64,000 nucleotides of DNA from Azolla caroliniana (taxonomy: Eukaryota > Plantae > Polypodiophyta): the NCBI GenBank assembly GCA_043228905.1, contig JBHGNT010000017.1:7812001-7876000 (forward strand). Direction: 5' to 3'. The position numbers and the translations under genes were made by a program. The notes under the pieces are model-generated. The model had not been told where the DNA came from and made no database searches. It saw nothing but the letters and a program-made list of their open reading frames with translations. This document shows, piece by piece, positions 59,786 to 64,000 of the stretch (the first letter of the stretch is position 1; each line of letters begins with the position of its first letter).

Positions 59786-62700
59786 TGTCGCGTGGCGCGT
59801 GACACACATGCCAAACGTCGGGATGTGTGCATCACAAGCGCAAACAAGCACCGGGCCTCTATCCGCTAGTGGTAATGGAGGATTGACGATGGGATTTCTG
59901 CGCCTATGGGTCGATCGAACGGGACCACCAAGGTCTTTGACTGGGGAGAACAAATCGGGTGAGTTGTGCCTGTAAGGAATTGGTCGTTTAGGTTTATCAT
60001 CAAGTTGTCCTTTGTTGTCGAAGACGCACCCGGACCCAACTCAACGGTGCGGTGGATTGACATGTAGGCAGCTGAAGTAACGCACTAATGTGGTTGAGAG
60101 TGTGAGAGAGAGAGAAATGAAAATTGAGGCAGTGTTTAAGATAGATAGATAGATAGATAAACGAATTGAAATTCCAATTCTAGGTTTGAACCCTTGACTT
60201 TAATTTAGAGAAACAAGACACATCACCAATAAGATAACTAGGTTTTCTTATTAAAATATCTTGATTTAATCTATAGCTTGCTTGATACATAGCTTGTTTG
60301 ATTCATCGATCGATTCCCACTTATAAAGATGCCCCCATGCATATGTGCATGTGAGGGTGTAAGACATGCATACAATGCATGAAATGCATGATTGCCATTT
60401 GGTGCTCATGCATCACATGTGATGCATGATGACCATGTACCTCATCCAAGCTCTTATGTATGAGCATTCACTTGTGAAAAACATAATGATGATCTAAAGA
60501 AATAACTTAGCCTCTGTTTAGTTGGACATCCCACCATCTTTCCCTTCCTTCCCATGGGTAGTCCTTAGAATCACTTCTTTCCCTTCTTCTTTATAAGTAA
60601 TAACCATCCATTTTAACACAATATCATCTTCTTCGATACCAACCTCAATGTTAATTGTACTTACATCGTCATCATCCTTTGAGTTAAGTATATCTTTAAT
60701 CACCAAATCATTTATCGCGAGATAACCATCATATTCAATATCATCTACCCTAAACTCATCCTTCCCACACACACTCACAACACCAACATTATCATTATAC
60801 ACATCCCAAACCATCATAGAATTTTCTAGATTATCCTCAATATTACTCCTATCCTTCCCACACATACTCACAACATCAACATCATCATTAGACACGTCCC
60901 AAATAACATTTTCTAGATTTTCCCTTCTCATACCCATGTGATCATTATGTAACCCCACATCATCATGTACATATTTTTGTAAAACGTCCTCATAATCACA
61001 AACCTCTATTCTATTTTCATAATGGATGCCCTCATGAATGTCACCATTTGATCTAGTGAAACTCTTATAAAATCTATCCCGAAGAAACCCAATGCAACCT
61101 AAAACACACAATTCCTCTTCGTCACTCTCACTCTCATCATTACCCTTATCATAACCATATCCACAAAAAGTGCACAACTTTTTATCATCATAACCCTCAT
61201 TCTTCTCATGGCACTCATTTTCACCCTCAATAATACACTCTTCCTTACTATCATCAAGCCCTAAATCATGCGTATCGTTATTATCATCACTGTCATTACG
61301 TTTAAATGTAAAGTTTTCTTCTCTTCCTAACTTCTTCTCTTGTTCGTGGCTCTCATTAAACCTATCATACTTGTCATCAAAATCTAAACCATGAGAGTCT
61401 TGATCCCAACTACACTCACCGTCATGACTTTCGTCGTGTGCTTTTTCATTAGCACAACCATGAAGAGCTCGACATTGATTCCTCCTCTTGTGTTTGTAGT
61501 AATCTTTGTCATGATCATAACCTTGTATATCTCGAGCACTCTTTGTGATTTTGTAATGATCTTTGTCTTTGTCATAACCGTGTAGATCTTGATCTTTCTC
61601 CTCAAGCCCACGTTCTTTGTCACATGTCTCTTCATGCCTGCATCCTTGAGTATCTTGGTCTTTCCCCTCGAACGCATGTTCTTCGTTCCATGTCTCTTCA
61701 TTATCACATCCTTCTCGATCTTCCCTCTTGAGTCCACGTTCTTCGTCACATCTCTCTTCAAGATTGCATCCTTGAGTATCTTGGTCCTTCCATTCCATCC
61801 CATGTTCTTTGTCACATGTCTCTTCACGACCGCATATTTGAGTATCTTGGTCTTTTCCCTTGAACCCACATTCTTTGTGGCACGTCTCTTCACGATCACA
61901 TCCTTGAGTATCTTGGCTATTCCCCTCGAACACATGTTCTTTGTTCCATGTCTCTTCATTATCGTAACGTTCTTGAGTCCACGTTCTTCGTCACATGTTT
62001 CTCCTTTGTCAACTTTGCAACGATCCTCGTAATGACCATAGGTATGTCGATCTCGATCTCTCTCTTCAAAGCCTTGTTCTTCGTCACATTTCTCTTCACA
62101 ACCGCAACTACGCAGATCTCGATCATCTTCATCTACGTCACCGTCGAGCAAAGCATAAAAAGGTTGAGGCCCGAATCTTGATGTCAGAACCGCTTCGTAC
62201 CAATCCGGAATTTCTGGACATAGTCTTTCGACTTGCCTTGTCAACTTGAGATACTCCAACGGTCTATCCTTATCATCATGAAACATCATTTCGATGGCCT
62301 TCCTTACAAATGGAAGCATCATGAGCCTAAGACCACCTTCTATTCTTATCGACTCCTCTAAGTCATATGCATCCAAGATCAAATCCATCATTCGCAATGC
62401 CCCCATTACCACCTTGTGTTGTTCATGTCTGGTTCACCAAATAGATGTTGTGTGGCGCATGACACACATGCCAAACGTCGGGATGTGTGCATCACAAGCG
62501 CAGACAAGCATCGGGCCTCTATCCGCTAGTGGTTATGGAGGATTGACGATGGGATTTCTACGCCTACGGGTCGGTCGAACGGGACCACCAAGGTCTTTGA
62601 TCGGGGAGAACAAATCGGGTGAGTTGTGCCTGTAAGGAATTGGCCGTTTAGGTTTATCGTCAATCGTCCTTTGTTGTCGAAGATGCACCCGAACCCGACT

Positions 62701-63390
62701 CAACGGTGCGGTGGATTGACGTGTAGGCAGCTGAAGTAACGCACTAATGTGGTTGAGAGTGTGTGAGAGAGAGAAATGAAAATGGAGGAAGTGTTTAAGA
62801 TAGATAGATAGATAGATAAACGAATTGAAATTCCAATTCTAGGTTTGAACCCTTGACTTTAATTTAGAGAAACAAGACACATCACCAATAAGATAACTAG
62901 GTTTTCTTATTAAAATATCTTGATTTATCTATAGCTTGCTTGATACATAGCTTGTTTGATTCATCGATTGATTCCCACTTATAAAGATGCCCCCATGCAT
63001 ATGTGCATGTGAGGGTGTAAGACATGCATACAATGCATGAAATGCATGATTGCCATTTGGTGCTCATGCATCACATGTGATGCATGATGACCATGTACCT
63101 CATCCAAGCTCTCATGTATGAGCATTCACTTCTGAAAAACATAATGATGATTTAAAGAAATAACTTAGCCTAATGGTAAGTCAGTTGTCTTCTATGTTGG
63201 AGGTGCAAGGTTCAATACTTGCACCCCTTCGTATGCTTGAAAATGCAAATAGGCTTTAGGTGTTCTCATTACATTTATATTTACAACATGCTAACGTATG
63301 AGTGTAACCATCACCCCTTTCATTCGTGTGCACAATACACCTTCTCGATTCCACGCGATTTTCACACCGTTGCCGAAAATCTTCACGACA
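59786..63390 (-). mobile_element. Non-autonomous LTR element: 5' LTR 62446..63390, 3' LTR 59786..60513 (truncated), tRNA-Trp-like PBS 62422..62439
   Basis: ~730-bp direct repeat with TGTCGCG..CACGACA ends. 4-bp TSD ATGT/ACAT (both derivable from ACGT). PBS TGGTGAACCAGACATGAA. Splits the host RT at DGCR|HFV. Confidence 0.85.
60518..62406 (-). pseudogene. Acidic Cys-containing 22-aa repeat protein (~630 codons, one frameshift ~61965)
   Basis: ORFs 61384..62412 and 60518..61933 overlap. 66-bp repeats at ~61560..62120 encode EGKDQDTQGCDREETCDKERGL-like units. Confidence 0.7.
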
Positions 63391-63887
63391 ACATCTGCAC
63401 CCATCCTCATCCAAGGTTTCATCTTTCTCCGCTTCAGAGCACCTTTTTATGGGGATGTGATCAAGGAATGGCACGGTGATGTCGGGGATGCAATCTCTCA
63501 ATACCTTGTTCATTGCATTTACCATGTGGGTTACAGAGTTAGTCCCTCCTTGTGGCAAGGTACACATTCGCACAAGGCCGATAGGGGTCCGCATCGTCGT
63601 GACGTCCCTACTCTCCACGGCTAGTTGGAATTGATCATACCTCGAGTATAGATCACCAATCGAATAAATAGACCTTCCAGCGAAGGCCTCGGCGAATTCT
63701 TCAACGCTCGACCTGACCCCCGCATTTTGAATTGTCACTTGGTTAACAGGTTGTAGGTCCTAGATGAAGCGTAAGGTTCCATTCTTCTTTGGCATAGTGA
63801 ACAACCAATTCGAGTATGGGGTGCTTGATGGTTCGAGTATACCCATCTCGATCTTTTCCTTGAGTAGCTCAATCAACTTCGGGATGT
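63391..63887 (-). pseudogene. Gypsy RT N-terminal part
   Basis: PYSNWLFTMPKKNGTLRFI, DLYSRYDQF, TPIGLVRMCTLPQGGTNSV, PFLDHIPIK. Confidence 0.88.
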
Positions 63888-64000
63888 TGTCAAGATTCGA
63901 ACTCTTGACATAACCATGTTGTAATCGAGTGTTATGTGTTAACCACACATCTAACATATAATCATGTATATACTTCCTCATTGTAGGTTTTAGCTAGCAT
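63888..64000. mobile_element. Start of a further insertion (TG-initiated, probable LTR) running off the window
   Basis: RT homology stops abruptly at 63887. The new sequence begins TGTCAAGA. Confidence 0.5.

Larger units (their letters stand above)
41572..63887 (-). mobile_element. Fragmented Ty3/gypsy element: LTR 41572..41881 + 58256..~59100, RT-RH 59103..59785 + 63391..63887. Host of the later insertions
   Basis: The LTR start tgtcgcg...gggaccac..ggtctt.gact.gggag resembles 59786. RT and RH motifs are on the minus strand. Integrase is deleted. Linking the LTR to the pol fragment is inferred. Confidence 0.6.

Noticed and set aside
61560-62120. 66-bp repeats as a CRISPR array
   Set aside because: Degenerate coding tandem repeats with no repeat-spacer structure, in a eukaryotic context.

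Overview
Repeat-rich land-plant nuclear DNA. A fern or other seed-free plant is my inference from the TE families and intron style; it is not proven. There are two host genes. One is a 4-exon CoA-pyrophosphatase-type Nudix hydrolase (+, 14865..20628, C-terminal PKL) whose first intron holds a LINE, a hAT-type MITE and a solo LTR. The other is an intronless FPF1-like gene (-, 27667..28242) with a large His-rich insertion. The rest is mainly transposons. A chromodomain Ty3/gypsy element (1960..14279, -) contains a nested Ty1/copia (2907..8669). From ~41 kb to the end is a nest about five layers deep, centred on a 16.4 kb non-chromovirus Ty3/gypsy element (41882..58250, +, TSD ATGGG). This element is the most unusual object here. 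It has no polypurine tract before its 3' LTR. In that position is a sense copy of a tRNA-Arg-like 3' end (T-arm plus GGGCGTG-CCA) that is complementary to the element's own PBS, which suggests tRNA priming of both strands or an element-encoded primer. It also carries a ~1000-codon extra 3' ORF and sits in a target site that resembles its PBS. A non-autonomous LTR element (59786..63390) encodes an acidic Cys-repeat protein and has tRNA-like A/B-box modules in its LTRs. All coordinates and motif calls were made by eye; no searches were run.
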